Assembly (NCBI RefSeq): GCF_964355755.1 | Contig: NC_092672.1 | Span: forward strand, 18,923,237-18,987,236 | Direction of reading: 5' to 3' | DNA length: 64,000 nucleotides | Origin: Antedon mediterranea | Lineage: Eukaryota; Animalia; Echinodermata | Part shown: piece by piece, positions 12,187-24,822 of the stretch | Position numbering within the stretch: position 1 is the first letter of the stretch | How the letters are laid out: every line of letters starts with the position of its first letter | Notes under the pieces: generated by a model | Told to the model about the DNA's origin: nothing | Seen by the model: only the letters and a program-made list of their open reading frames with translations | The model's database searches: none | Made by a program: the position numbers and the translations under genes

Positions 12187-15100
12187 ATGAGTGGAAGACT
12201 AGGAGATTTGAATGAAAAACAAAGTCAGCGTTTGCAACAGGTACGTCATGAAATGAATTAAATAACAGCTGGCAAAAATGACAACAAAGTGGTTTTAATT
12301 TAGGACCTCAAGTTGTATTTATGGCTTGACTTCAACTTCTATTTACTATATCTGAACCACTTTGCACATTTTACAATTACAATTTCCTCTTGTAATTTCC
12401 AAATAGTCCCTCATAATTTGAAATAAATTCCGCAATAACATTAATTAACAGAACTTACAATGTTTGTGTACTTTAAACACCTAACTGCTGCATGCATAAT
12501 ATTTTTAAAATATTTGTTTATGTACTTTTATTTTCAGTTTAAAGAAAATGTTAAAGATGTGATGAAAGCGAAACATGATGATCATACATTGCTTCGATTT
12601 TTGAGAGGTAAGATAATTTTAAAACCATCTAAGATTATTAAATTATATTAAAAATGTAGAGGTTTGCTCATGAAGTGGCTGAAAACCTAAAATAAGGATC
12701 AAATATCAAAAGGCTTTTATTAATTATTAAACCAACAGGCACAGAACAAATTCTAAACTGCCTCATATTATTAATTTGTAACGATAAAGATACGGAAGTC
12801 TGTGACAATGAGAAAAGCCGCCCCAAACGAGATTCAAACCTGAAAAATTCTGCTTGAAATGCAAATGTCCTAAACATTAGACCACTGGGACTTTCATGGT
12901 ATTGTTCAAATTTGATTTTAGTAAGATATAAAATATTAATTTTATTGATTAAAATGTTTTTTTTATTTTAGCAAGAAGTTTTGATTTAAAAGGTTCAGAG
13001 AAAATGTTTAGGAAAGTAAGTTCTGCATTTTGTAATTGACAATAATTGTATTTTTCATTATATTCATTTTTTGAGTTATATTATATACTGTTTAATTTAA
13101 TAAATGTATAACTCGTCAGCATTCAATAAGTATTGCCAAACTTTATCAGATTTAAACCCTGTCTCCGCCCTATAATGTTGAGCAAAGTGCAGCGATTAAC
13201 TATGGAGTATACAATGTAAATTGTATCTGTATTGACATAAAAGCTATCTATTGATTAAGTGTATCCACAATTTGCAACCAGCAATGATAAAGAGAGTTAT
13301 TATCATTTAAATTTTTTATTTAGAAATACATTGTCATTTTAATTTACCATAATCTGTTGTTAAATAAAATGATATGATTTCTTTTCACTAGTAGATTTTG
13401 TTTATTTAAGTCTGGAACAGAATCCAATGTTTACTTACTTACTTACTTACTAGTTGAGTGTTTCCTAAAATTCTACAGAGTACTAGCCTAAAATGCCTCC
13501 GCAGTAATCCAACTTTACATTTGGTAATCTTTTACTCACTCTAAGATACAGACAGCACAACTACTGTAGCACACCCATACTCACGCTAAGATACAGACAG
13601 CACAACTACTGTAGCACACCCTTACTCACTCTAAGATACAGACAGCACAACTACTGTAGCACACCCATACTCACTCTAAGATACAGACAGCACAACTACT
13701 GTAGCACACCCATACTCACTCTAAGATACAGACAGCACAACTACTGTAGCACACCCATACTCACTCTAAGATACAGACAGTACAACTACTGTAGCACACC
13801 CATACTCACTCTAAGATACAGACAGTACAACTACTGTAGCACACCCATACTCACTCTAAGATACAGACAGCACAACTACTGTAGCACACCCATACTCACT
13901 CTAAGATACAGACAGCACAACTACTGTAGCACACCCATACTCACTCTAAGATACAGACAGCACAACTACTGTAGCACACCCATACTCACTCTAAGATACA
14001 GACAGTACAACTACTGTAGCACACCCATACTCACTCTAAGATACAGACAGTACAACTGCTGTAGCACACCCATACTCACTCTAAGATACAGACAGCACAA
14101 CTACTGTAGCACACCCATACTCACTCTAAGATACAGACAGCACAACTACTGTAGCACACCCTTACTCACTCTAAGATACAGACAGCACAACTACTGTAGC
14201 ACACCCATACTCACTCTAAGATACAGACAGCACAACTACTGTAGCACACCCATACTCACTCTAAGATACAGACAGCACAACTACTGTAGCACACCCATAC
14301 TCACTCTAAGATACAGACAGCACAACTACTGTAGCACACCCATACTCACTCTAAGATACAGACAGTACAACTACTGTAGCACACCCATACTCACTCTAAG
14401 ATACAGACAGCACAACTACTATAGCACACCCATACTCACTCTAAGATACAGACAGCACAACTACTGTAGCACACCCATACTCACTCTAAGATACAGACAG
14501 TACAACTGCTGTAGCACACCCATACTCACTCTAAGATACAGACAGCACAACTACTGTAGCACACCCATACTCACTCTAAGATACAGACAGCACAACTACT
14601 ATAGCACACCCATACTCACTCTAAGATACAGACAGTACAACTACTGTAGCACACCCATACTCACTCTAAGATACAGACAGTACAACTACTGTAGCACACC
14701 CATACTCACTCTAAGATACAGACAGCACAACTACTGTAGCACACCCATACTCACTCTAAGATACAGACAGCACAACTACTGTAGCACACCCATACTCACT
14801 CTAAGATACAGACAGCACAACTACTATAGCACACCCATACTCACTCTAAGATACAGACAGTACAACTACTGTAGCACACCCATACTCACTCTAAGATACA
14901 GACAGTACAACTACTGTAGCACACCCATACTCACTCTAAGATACAGACAGTACAACTACTGTAGCACACCCATACTCACTCTAAGATACAGACAGTACAA
15001 CTACTGTAGCACACCCATACTCACTCTAAGATACAGACAGTACAACTACTGTAGCACACCCATACTCACTCTAAGATACAGACAGTACAACTACTGTAGC

Positions 15101-16244
15101 ACACCCATACTCACTCTAAGATACAGACAGCACAACTACTGTAGCACACCCATGAATGTGTTGAGTGCAATTTGTAGCACATCTGCAATTTTTAAAAGAC
15201 AAGGCATGGTATTTTTAAGCTTATAAGCAAACTATAAGAATTATTTAAGTACACAACCCTCTAGAAAAAATATCAAACCATCAAATAAGGGCATGTGGCA
15301 CAGTGTGTTAGACTACTGATGGAATTCAATGCTCGTCATATTTCTTTATCTTTAGGCAAGACACTTTACTTACGTTTGCCCCTCTCCACCCAGGTGTGCA
15401 AATGAGTACCTTGTAAGGTTAAGGCATAACTGCACTGATTACTAGCTGTATTATGGGAGTATGTTTCCATACGCGTAAATCCAAAAATGACCGGGTAATA
15501 ATATGTACAGCGCTTAATAAATCCAGAATGTTATTATTGTTACAATAATAAGTTGGAAATTCAAGCATGCTCTTCAATAATGTTTCTCATCAAAATTGAA
15601 ATTGGTACAAGGATAAGAACTATTTTATACCGTGCAGCTATGGCAAAAAAGTATAATCTTTCAAACAGAAGAAAAAATAAACAAACAATTTTTAAGTGTG
15701 AATATGAATTTGTTCTTTAAAAAAAAAGAATATTTTATTTCTTTACAGAATTTGGAATGGAGAGCTAGAATGAATGCAGACACAATAGTGGACACCTATA
15801 CCACTCCAGAGGTTGGTGTTTAAATTTATTTCTGGACATGGTTAAAAATACTGTATACATCGACTGTTAACCGAAAGGCTTTAATGGTACAATAACATGT
15901 GTTATATAAAATATTCCTGTCTTTTTTACATGGTGTAGGTTATTGCAAAATACTATATTGGAGGTAGTCCAGGTTACGATAAGCATGGATGTCCAGTCTG
16001 GATTTTTCCCGTTGGAAACATTGATGCCAAAGGTCGATAATTTATAATATTTTTTTACTATTGAGAGGTCAAATAAACATACATGCCAAGTTAAGCTTGT
16101 TTCTCACTAGAGACACAATGCAATGATGTAGACATAACGTGAGCTAGCTAACCAATGACAAGTGACAGTGACATGGCTTTTGATTGGTCAAATCGCTTAC
16201 CTGGGGATTACGTCATTGCGTTGCGTCTCTAGTGGAAACCAAAC

Positions 16245-16301
<57 letters not shown>

Positions 16302-19300
16302 CAAGTATATAACTCCTTATATTGTTATTGTTTAATTTACCTTATATCATGTTTGTGTTTTCAAGCAATATGTTACATTTTAGGCTTTAAGTGTGAGAAA
16401 GGCAAGCCTTTGATTTGATAGGACTTTTACGTGTTTTTTTTTTCACAAAGTGAGAACAAATTTAAGCTACGATTGTTGGAACTATTAATCACTGCTGGTC
16501 TCCAGTTTAAAAAGGGCATTTCAGGAAAAAGTAGGGTCCATTTGAGTTCCTTAAATATGTGAGTCTCACAACAAATGGGTGGGTAGGCATGTAAATTAGA
16601 ATCATTATCATGAATTTGTCTCTAGCCTTGCAATGGTGAGTAAAAAGGGAGAATCCAAACCAATTTGAAAGTTCAGTTTATCAACATTTGTTTTTCATAT
16701 TTTAACCAGGTCTTGTTTATTCATGCAAAGGGAGTGATCTCATTAAGTTTAATGTTTACATGCTAGAGAAGCTGTACAGAGATATGGAAGAACAGTCAAC
16801 AAGGGTAAAGTTAAAATGACTCATGGGATTACATGAGCATTTATTTTTATAGTATCTATTCACTGTTTGATAAACTTCCTAGCTGTCTGAATCACTTTGT
16901 GTCTTAACCAGACTCCCTGCAACTTGCCCTGAATCACTTTGTGTCTTAACCAGACTCCCTGCAACTTGCCCTGAATCACTTTGTGTCTTAACCAGACTCC
17001 CTGCAACTTGCCCTGAATCACTTTGTGTCTTAACCATACTCCCTGCAACTTGCCTTGAATCACTCTGTGTCTTAACCAGACTCCCTGCAACTTGCCCTGA
17101 ATCACTTTGTGTCTTAACCAGACTCCCTGCAACTTGCCCTGAATCACTTTGTGTCTTAACCAGACTCCCTGCAACTTGCCCTGAATCACTTTTTATTTAT
17201 TTATTTATTTATTTGGAATTACACCTTTAGATCGGTGGCACACTTAGCACAAAGGTGCATCCTTCACAATATAAAATATAACAATTAACAGAAAAGTAAA
17301 AAAAGGCAAAAGCAACTATCAACCCCTATCCTACAATGAATACAAAACAAGATATAGTAAAAGTGGCTTGTTTTAGGTATCTTTTACAAAAACTATCCAA
17401 AATATTTTCACACTCTTCATCAATTAAATTAAATTATCTGAGTATCCCAAAATATATTTAAGTTTGTCATTTTCATGAGAAGTATAAAAAGTATCAAACA
17501 TATCTTTGCTGCCATTTCTATACATATCCACATATAAATTAAATAATTCCTGATTACGTATATTATTTAAAGCTGGACAATTAAGGATGAAATGATGGAT
17601 GTCTTCGTCCGAATTTGTACCGCACAATTTACATTTTTTATTATTATCAATATTCCAATTTGCAGTTCTATCATTCAAAGGTAGCTTTGTGTCTTAACCA
17701 GACTCCCTGCAACTTGCCGTGTTCCATAGTAGCAGTAAAACAGATACAAAGTTGATTTCAATTTGAGACTACATTTTTTGTCATATTTTTGATAAATAAT
17801 ATGTATTATCTACCGTTGTGATTAATAGAATATAGTTTAATTAATTACATAAAGTTACTTGTTCATTTTTTAGCTTGGTAGACATATTGAAGGTATGACA
17901 TACATTATGGATCTTGGTAGACTTGGCCTTCATCACCTTTGGAAACCAGGCATTGATTTGTTTAACCAGGTATGGTACCAACATCAACAGCTAACAAAAT
18001 ATGATTGTTCTATTAATAGTCAGTAGAGTCTTAGACTTATTTCAGAAGTTTGTAACTAGACTAACATTTTAAATATTATTTCTATCATTTTTCTATCGCA
18101 TTTTCCAGACCTTTGACATTTCAACGTGAACTCTGTCATATTGATTAGTAATACCACTCAAAACTCACATCCATCTAACTTTTCCAACAATACAACATGT
18201 TAAATAATGATGAATCAATTAATTGTTCTAGATTGATCTAATGTTTTAAAGATTGGATTTAGTAAATTACAATTTAATTTTACAGAGTCGCTATTAACCA
18301 TATTTATTTCACATTGTTTTTGTCTGTTTTGTAATGTCTTCTGTATGTTTAAATAACAAGCACCCACTATTTTTTATACCATTTGTATATTGTATTGTAT
18401 CATTAAATGTAAGTTTTCAAAGTTGACTCTCTTTATTTACTTACTACTGTGTTGTCTTTTAAATATTAAATTCTTATCTTTTTTTATAATACCATTATTT
18501 TGCAGGTAATCACAATGTTTGAGCAGCATTATCCTGAAACACTTCGAAGTGTTTACATTATTAAAGCTCCCAAGTTCTTTCCTCTGGCTTATTCACTTGT
18601 AAAACCATTCCTACAGGAATACACAAGAAAGAAAATACATGTTCTTGGAAGTAAGTGTCTTTAACCTTCCTTAGATGCGACGAAAGAGTGTTTGTGATTG
18701 GTCAATACTCATGGTAGTAACCTGGTATGCGCGGTGCGCTGAACATCCGGGGATTCGGCTCGAAGAAGACAAATTATTATGTCGAGGAAAGCCTCGATTT
18801 TAATTCATTTCTTTTTATATTTTGTGTCGATTTTTTGGCTATGTTGCAGTGCCCCTACCCTATCTGCCTGGCAACCCGACTTGATTGAATATGTAATATG
18901 CAGCATCAAAACTTCATTCAACGTCAGTAGCGTGTTAAATCATGGATTAAGGAATAGAAGGATATGCATCAGTTTGAGATCAAAGCTTCCATGACTCTAA
19001 CCTACAGAGCACGGACCGCCACAATATATTGTTTACTGCACATGCTCAACAACTTTTAACCTTGTTGGCTATGCTTTCGCGCACTCTTATCTTGGTGGCA
19101 TGATTAATATTTTATATTTTTAGCGCTAGCTGCTATGGCGACGAACAAAACTTTATGCGACGAATTTAATTAACTTTTCTGAATTCAAATTAAACGATCT
19201 CCCAGAAATATTACAAGATTAATAATAAATGTAATTACAAGAATAAATACAAATTGTTTGTAAATTGTAGTACCCTTTGGGTTTAAAAAACATTAATTTT

Positions 19301-22300
19301 GCCATGTTTCGAAATCTGCCGCGATTGATCTACGCTAATGTTTTTAAGACCTTAAAGTAGCATTTTATGACCTGTAGTAGCCCTACCTAGTTGTTGTCTC
19401 AGCCTACATGTAAAATTACAAAATCAGCAAGGATACTAGGCCAAGGCCCTTTAGGCTTACTAGTATAGTAAACCCTATGATTTGCCGACATTGATATAGG
19501 CCTAGGTAGGCCTATTGGTAGGCTAATCTTAAGTGTAGTAGCTACGTGTAATCATAATAATAATAATAATACAGTAATAGAAAAGGTACTTTTATGCTTT
19601 GTTTGTTCATGGTTAAGTAATAAGTTTGCCTTGCGTCTACTTTTCAAAACGAAACGAGCCCTAGAGTAGTAGAGTCAGTGGTGACATATCGCAACTATAC
19701 ATAGCCAGCCATAATCCCGGATCAGGGATCACAGTTTTCATTCAATTAGGTCTGTTGATTAGATGTGATGTGGATGACATAACCACTAGCCAATCACAAG
19801 GCACTACAATTTAAATATAATCACATCGATAATTATGAGATTTATGAAGAAACCACTGCTTAGCCATATATTAAAAACATGTTTGTTGTACTTGAAGACA
19901 CGGTAACAACATGGTCAAATGCATAATTTAATATTCTATAGATTAACGCAATTTGTAATGGCAGAAGTGGAAGGCCAATATGATAATTCAAATATAAAAA
20001 TTGTATATTTTATTAATATTACCAACTACTTAAAATTACCGGTCGTAAGAAAGTGAACATTCCATAGTCCGATTGTGATGAAATTAAAACAGAATTGTTC
20101 AGCATAGGCAAGCGCATTGGAAAATCGTTTGATGTCACCGTCGATGCATATCCTTCTATTTCTTAATCCATGGTTAAATGTAACGATTATTCAGGTTTTT
20201 GTGTATGTAATTGACATATTTATGATTATGTTGTGTAGGTAATTGGAAGGAAGTGTTACTAACCCAAGTTGATGAAGCTGTTTTGCCAGCATTCTGGGGT
20301 GGAAAGGCTACAGATCCTGATGGCAATATGACATGTGCTAGCAAGGTACAGTTCAGTTGCAACTCATTGTAATTATGTGCGTTATTTCAGCTTACAACTA
20401 CAGTACATACTTCTCCACTATTTTTTCATTTGTGTAAGTGGAGCCAATGAAGGAGCTCTCTCCTCTGTCCATGATAATGGTTTTGTGCAAGTATACCTGG
20501 GTAAACCCCTACTCATCTTGAAAAATGTACTAGGTTCTTTATAATGCACATAATAGATCTACAGTTTATAGTCCATATTTTAGAACAATAAAATCAGTTG
20601 CCTCTATTATGGCTATAGATTGCGTTTCACTGTTGGCGACTCACTCATTTACTTTTATGCACAAAAAAAGCTGCAAGTAGTATTAGGAAGTATTTTTGCG
20701 ACAACCAATGACTGATGACCAACGTACGTTGCAGGGGTATTAGGATGTGTTTCCTCACTCCTCACCTTGAGACAGTTTTGATGGTTTCTAGGTCCAGGTG
20801 ATGACTGAAGATGCATCAATTGACCTGACCCAGTTATGTTTTCAGTTGTAAATTGAAAGCTCCTGCACTGCATCATAGTTGTATTTGAATTGTTTGCGAT
20901 TCATACACTTCTATCATCACCACACTCTTTTTTTTTAGATTCAGATGGGTGGAGATGTTCCTAAGTCATATTACTTAAAGGATCGTGAACTTTCAAGCAA
21001 AAATTTAATTACCAAAGAAATATCTAGAGGATCTATGATTGAGCTGAAGTATAATGTGGCCAAACCTGGAAGTGTTATCAGGTAGGTATCAATTGATGAT
21101 CTAAACACAGTACATGTTCACATATGAAGAATGCCCCACTTCATACAACATTTAGTAAAGGTGGTGTTCTCATAATTTCGAGAACACCACCATCGGAATC
21201 AAACACATATTAAAACGTTTACGAATCCACAGTACTAAATATGTCATTGATAACTTTAAAACCTTAGGAAAACAGTCAAACTATGCTATACATGATAATA
21301 TTCTCCTCTTTGCATCTACTGAAAAACCAATGATCTCACTTTGCAAAGAAAAAGAAAATATCGAGTAACTTATAGTAGTACTGTATTTCATTAATATAGT
21401 GGCACTATTTTATTCCTTTTTAACCCACACATCCTGCCAAAATTGAACTTCCATTGAAAATGAAACATAGTCAAGCCTTGATCACCCCAAATTTGATCAA
21501 ATCAAGGGTCAACTTTTTTTGTAAAGTAATTTTCCTGTCGCTACCTCTAATTAAAGTATAATACATTTGTGGTCAATTTAAACAAAATCAGCTAAAAAAA
21601 AAAACAACCATGTTTTTCTATTGATACTGGATTTTGGCAACATTACATTTAGGCATTATTATTTTGATCCTAAGAAAAACAAATGTTTGTTTCATCTGTT
21701 TACCAACCTTAGATATGAATTCAAAACACATGATCATGACATCGCATTTGGCATCAAACGTGTAGGTGCAGAAAATGAAAAAGTTGTTATACAGAAAACT
21801 CAACGTTACAATAGTCACATGGTGCCTGAAGATGGAGAGGTCATTCTGGATGAACCAGGACAATGTAAGTTATTCAAAAATTACAGAATTAAATTCTGTT
21901 GTTGTCTATATTGTCTATTTTTGTGAAGGTCACTAATGATCAGCTTCGGCTGGATGGACCACCCTCGTAAAATATTGTTGAAATAAATAAAGTAAATTAT
22001 TTAAAAGTAGAATCCTTATGTCGCTGTACTGCTAGTAATTTTCATCTTTCACCGAATCAAATTATTTGTACCATTTCACGAATATAAAAATTCATTACAT
22101 GTTTTATAACACACCTACTTTTAATGAAAGGCTATCAAGGCCTAAACCATTTGAGGAGGCAGCGCTCCAATTTTAGACATGGGGTACAATAACTATAGAC
22201 GGCACACACTGATCAGTTAATAACAGCCTAGTGTGTGTGGTTGATTTACTGTGCAACAAAAATGAACGTGCGAAACAAAATTGCAGTACTTGATTTACAT

Positions 22301-22708
22301 AACAAGGCACGATCCAGTGTGCTGCATCAAGTTTAGTTTTACTGTATATCATGTGACCCACAATCGTCTAATCAATTGACAAGAATTCATGTAGGTGTGT
22401 TATAATAAAGCTTAACCCTTGTACTTAATAAATAAACTATGGTCAGTAAATTATAAATTTATTAATTTGGGCATTCATAACCTGCCACCGAAATGACTAC
22501 AATGACCTTCAAAAACAGGCTTAGAATATCTCTATAAACTTTTATGTTTATATTTTCAGATGTAGTCAAGTTTGATAACACATACAGTTGGACCAAAACC
22601 AAAACTGTCAGCTTCTTCATTGAATTGCTTGAGCCACATGATATTGACGAAGATCCTCAATATCAAGTTGATCCTGATAAAATTGAAAATCTATGTTTGT
22701 ATGATTAA
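12187..22708 (+). CDS. SEC14L2: SEC14-like lipid-binding protein (SEC14L2/3/4 type; CRAL-TRIO + GOLD domains), 12 coding exons, 403 aa
   Basis: Exons: 12187-12240, 12538-12607, 12972-13015, 15749-15811, 15939-16032, 16710-16804, 17874-17969, 18506-18650, 20239-20345, 20939-21081, 21713-21864, 22560-22708; GT-AG, phases consistent, 1212 nt. Motifs: MSGRLGDL start, [52 protein letters not shown]. Orthology to a specific vertebrate paralog is not resolvable. Confidence 0.92.
12715..12910 (-). mobile_element. Third, diverged copy of the tRNA-containing repeat (anticodon loop ATTTCAA)
   Basis: Reverse complement reads CAATACCATGAAAGTCCCAGTGGTCTAATG...TTTGGGGCGGCTTTTCTCATTGTCACAGA...CTTTATCGT. Confidence 0.7.
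13533..15153. repeat. 45-bp minisatellite, about 36 copies (SEC14L intron 3)
   Basis: Unit CATACTCACTCTAAGATACAGACAG(C/T)ACAACTACTGTAGCACACC. Confidence 0.98.
15289..15540 (+). mobile_element. Diverged tRNA-derived SINE with conserved central domain and L2-like tail
   Basis: GGCAAGACACTTTAC...CTCTCCACCCAGGTGTGCAAATGAGTACC core, then TGTACAGCGCTT...TTATTATT tail; a similar tail occurs at about 10965-11040. Confidence 0.6.
16093..16243. mobile_element. MITE, same family as 1419-1573
   Basis: TTTCTCACTAGAGAC...GTCTCTAGTGGAAACC termini; shared internal ACCAATGACAAG motif. Confidence 0.65.
16887..17718. repeat. 42-bp minisatellite, 7 full copies plus an 8th copy split by a LINE insertion
   Basis: Unit CTGAATCACTTTGTGTCTTAACCAGACTCCCTGCAACTTGCC at 16887-17180; 8th unit begins 17181 and resumes 17685. 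Confidence 0.95.
17193..17684 (-). mobile_element. 5'-truncated non-LTR retrotransposon 3' end (C-terminal zinc-knuckle-like region, (AAAT)n tail)
   Basis: ORF 17424-17678 has [21 protein letters not shown] (CxxC-x8-H-x4-C, typical LINE ORF2 end); (TTTA)n at about 17191-17213; CTTT present on both sides. Confidence 0.8.
18941..20172. mobile_element. Non-autonomous P-element-superfamily-like DNA transposon (about 1.23 kb)
   Basis: TIR CATGGATTAAG(G/A)AATAGAAGGATATGCATC at both ends; 7-bp TSD GTTAAAT at 18934-18940 and 20173-20179; CAT termini. Confidence 0.8.
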
Positions 22709-23728
22709 CTTATAGATTTATAAAGGTACTGTACATCATCATGTCAAGTATCTAATCTAGACCCTTTTACATTAACATATAGGGCAAGTCACGCTTTGTG
22801 AAATATATAAACTGAAGAGAAGGAATATATTGTATTGTCCTCCTGAAAAAAATTATTTTTTTGTTTATTTGGTTTGTTGATTATGCCATTTCACTTAATA
22901 GTTGGATTTAATTAAAATCGATCAAAACAAAAATTATTTTCCTGGAAAAACTGTAATTCAATTAAAAAAAAAAATCAAATGAATCATTGATATTTTTTTT
23001 AAAAGTGAAATCATTAATTTATATCGTTTTTTTCTCCTATGGAAGTGAATAACTTCATTAAAACTGCTCAAAGGCCTATACAAAGTCTGATTCTATTAAA
23101 CTTTCTTTTTCATGTTTTTGGAGGACAATACATCTTTAAATCAGTATTGAAAAAAGGGCCGAATTATGCATACGAATGGCTGATAAGAACTAAGAATTCT
23201 ATCTACTATGGCCTTGGAATTTGTAAATGTTGGTGTTTCTGACATGTTCCATGTAAAGTGTACACCTTGTTTGGAAATTAATAATTGAAAATAATTGTTG
23301 TGCTTCTATTTGACCAGTATTAAATCAACAACACTTTTATGATTCCGAATATATAAATACATTTTATTGATAGGTTACTGTAAATCTTTTTAATAATTTT
23401 ATTAGTAATGAATACTTGCCAAGAAATTGCAATATAATAATATCAATGTAATTATACAGTATGTTAAATTGTTATGAATAATTAGTTATTTAAGATACTT
23501 TTGAAGAGTAAATTTTGGAAATGATTTTTCTGTTTTGCAATCCAATGCAACATTTTGTGCCATCTCAGCTTAGTGCAACATTATGTAGTACTATATGTAC
23601 AGTTACTATTATAACTATTATATACAGAATCAATTAATTCCACTTTATATTGCAGTTTTGTCCAAAACATATTCCATCCTAACTAAAGTTGGATAACACA
23701 GAACTGAAACCAACTCAAATAAAAATAT

Positions 23729-23842
23729 CTCAACTTTGTTAATAGTAAGCATTCCAAGCAACTCACCATTACTGACTGCACAGTTGTCAACTTTGTTAAT
23801 AGTAAGCATTCCAAGCAACTCACCACTACTGACTGCACAGTT
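23729..23842. repeat. 57-bp direct duplication downstream of the SEC14L stop codon
   Basis: TCAACTTTGTTAATAGTAAGCATTCCAAGCAACTCACCA(T/C)TACTGACTGCACAGTT twice. Confidence 0.9.
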
Positions 23843-24388
23843 CTGAAAAATATGTCGACATAAGCGCAGTTTATTTGAGTTGAACATGCTCTAAATTTCT
23901 GAAACTGGAAAGAGCTAAATGCAACTGAAAGATTGTGTTATGTATGGGTAAAATTGCAACTAGTTTTGGTTAGTTGCACGTTGACATATAAATGAAATTA
24001 TATCAAATGGAAAAAATGTAATTGATATTATTGCTTATTTCACAGTGACAGGTGCAGACATTTAAATTTCTTTTTTATTTGTTTTTGTGTGTTTTTTTTT
24101 TAATTTTGCTAACAACAATGAGTTGTGTCATGATTACCCACCCAGCATTTTTTTTTTTAGAAACTTGAGTTTGAATATGGTGCAATTTATCAATCTATTT
24201 TAGAATAATACATTCATTTTTTATATGAATTAGAGCATTAGTAAATATTTTATGGTTGAAATTTTATATTGTATAATATATGAATTGCAAAGCATGATGG
24301 GTGCTGAATATAAAGTATAATTAATAGGTATGGTGAAAATTGTGCAATGAATAATATGATTATTAGAAATATATATATATATATATAT

Positions 24389-24822
24389 ATCTTTATCGTT
24401 TCAAATTAATTAATTAAATTTCAGTATATCACCAGGCGGTTTAGAATTAATGTTCTTTGCCTGATTTGTTTATATATATAAAAGTATCTCTTCGGAGATC
24501 CCGCCTCGTGAATAAAAATACTGAAAGTATCAATTTGATCTCTGTTGCGCGTGCGTACAACTGAGGACTAGTGCTGTTCCGCCGTACCACGCCGAGAGTG
24601 TTAAAGAGTCGTTATCCGATCGAGTTCGAAAAATACCATGAAAGCCCCAGTGGTCTAATGGTTAGGACATCTGCATATCAAGCAGGCGGTCCGAGTTCGA
24701 GTCTCGGTTGGGGCGACTTTTTCTCATTCTCACAGATTTCCTCATCTTTATCGTTTCAAATTAATTAATTAAATTTCAGTATATCACCGGGCGGTTTAGA
24801 ATTAATGTTCTTTGCCTGATTT
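24389..24822 (+). mobile_element. tRNA-containing 355-bp repeat unit, about 1.2 monomers with about 78-bp terminal direct repeat, next to (TA)n
   Basis: 24389-24467 is repeated at 24744-24822 (period 355); homologous to 27805-28250 and to about 12715-12910 (minus). Confidence 0.8.
24644..24715 (+). tRNA. tRNA-like sequence with complete cloverleaf, anticodon ATC (Asp-type; probably pseudogene or repeat-borne)
   Basis: Acceptor GCCCCAG/TTGGGGC, D stem GTCT/GGAC, anticodon stem TCTGC/GCAGG with loop ATATCAA, 4-nt variable loop, T stem CCGAG/CTCGG with loop TTCGAGT, G73, then TTTTT at 24718-24722. Confidence 0.7.

Noticed and set aside
13533-15153. CRISPR-like regular repeats (also the other arrays)
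   Set aside because: Head-to-tail units without unique spacers, no cas genes, eukaryotic intronic context.
16860-17189. 109-aa ORF with a 14-aa repeat; likewise the ORFs at 47252-47938
   Set aside because: Translations of the 42-bp and 39-bp tandem repeats.
21160-21191. 12-bp-stem hairpin GGTGGTGTTCTC..GAGAACACCACC as another transposon footprint or terminator
   Set aside because: No flanking TSD and no CAT termini; intrinsic terminators are not relevant in a eukaryotic intron.
24560-24640. CTGAGGA in the tRNA-containing repeat as a hammerhead core
   Set aside because: Not conserved in the second copy (TTGAGCGA) and no suitable stem II/GAAA.
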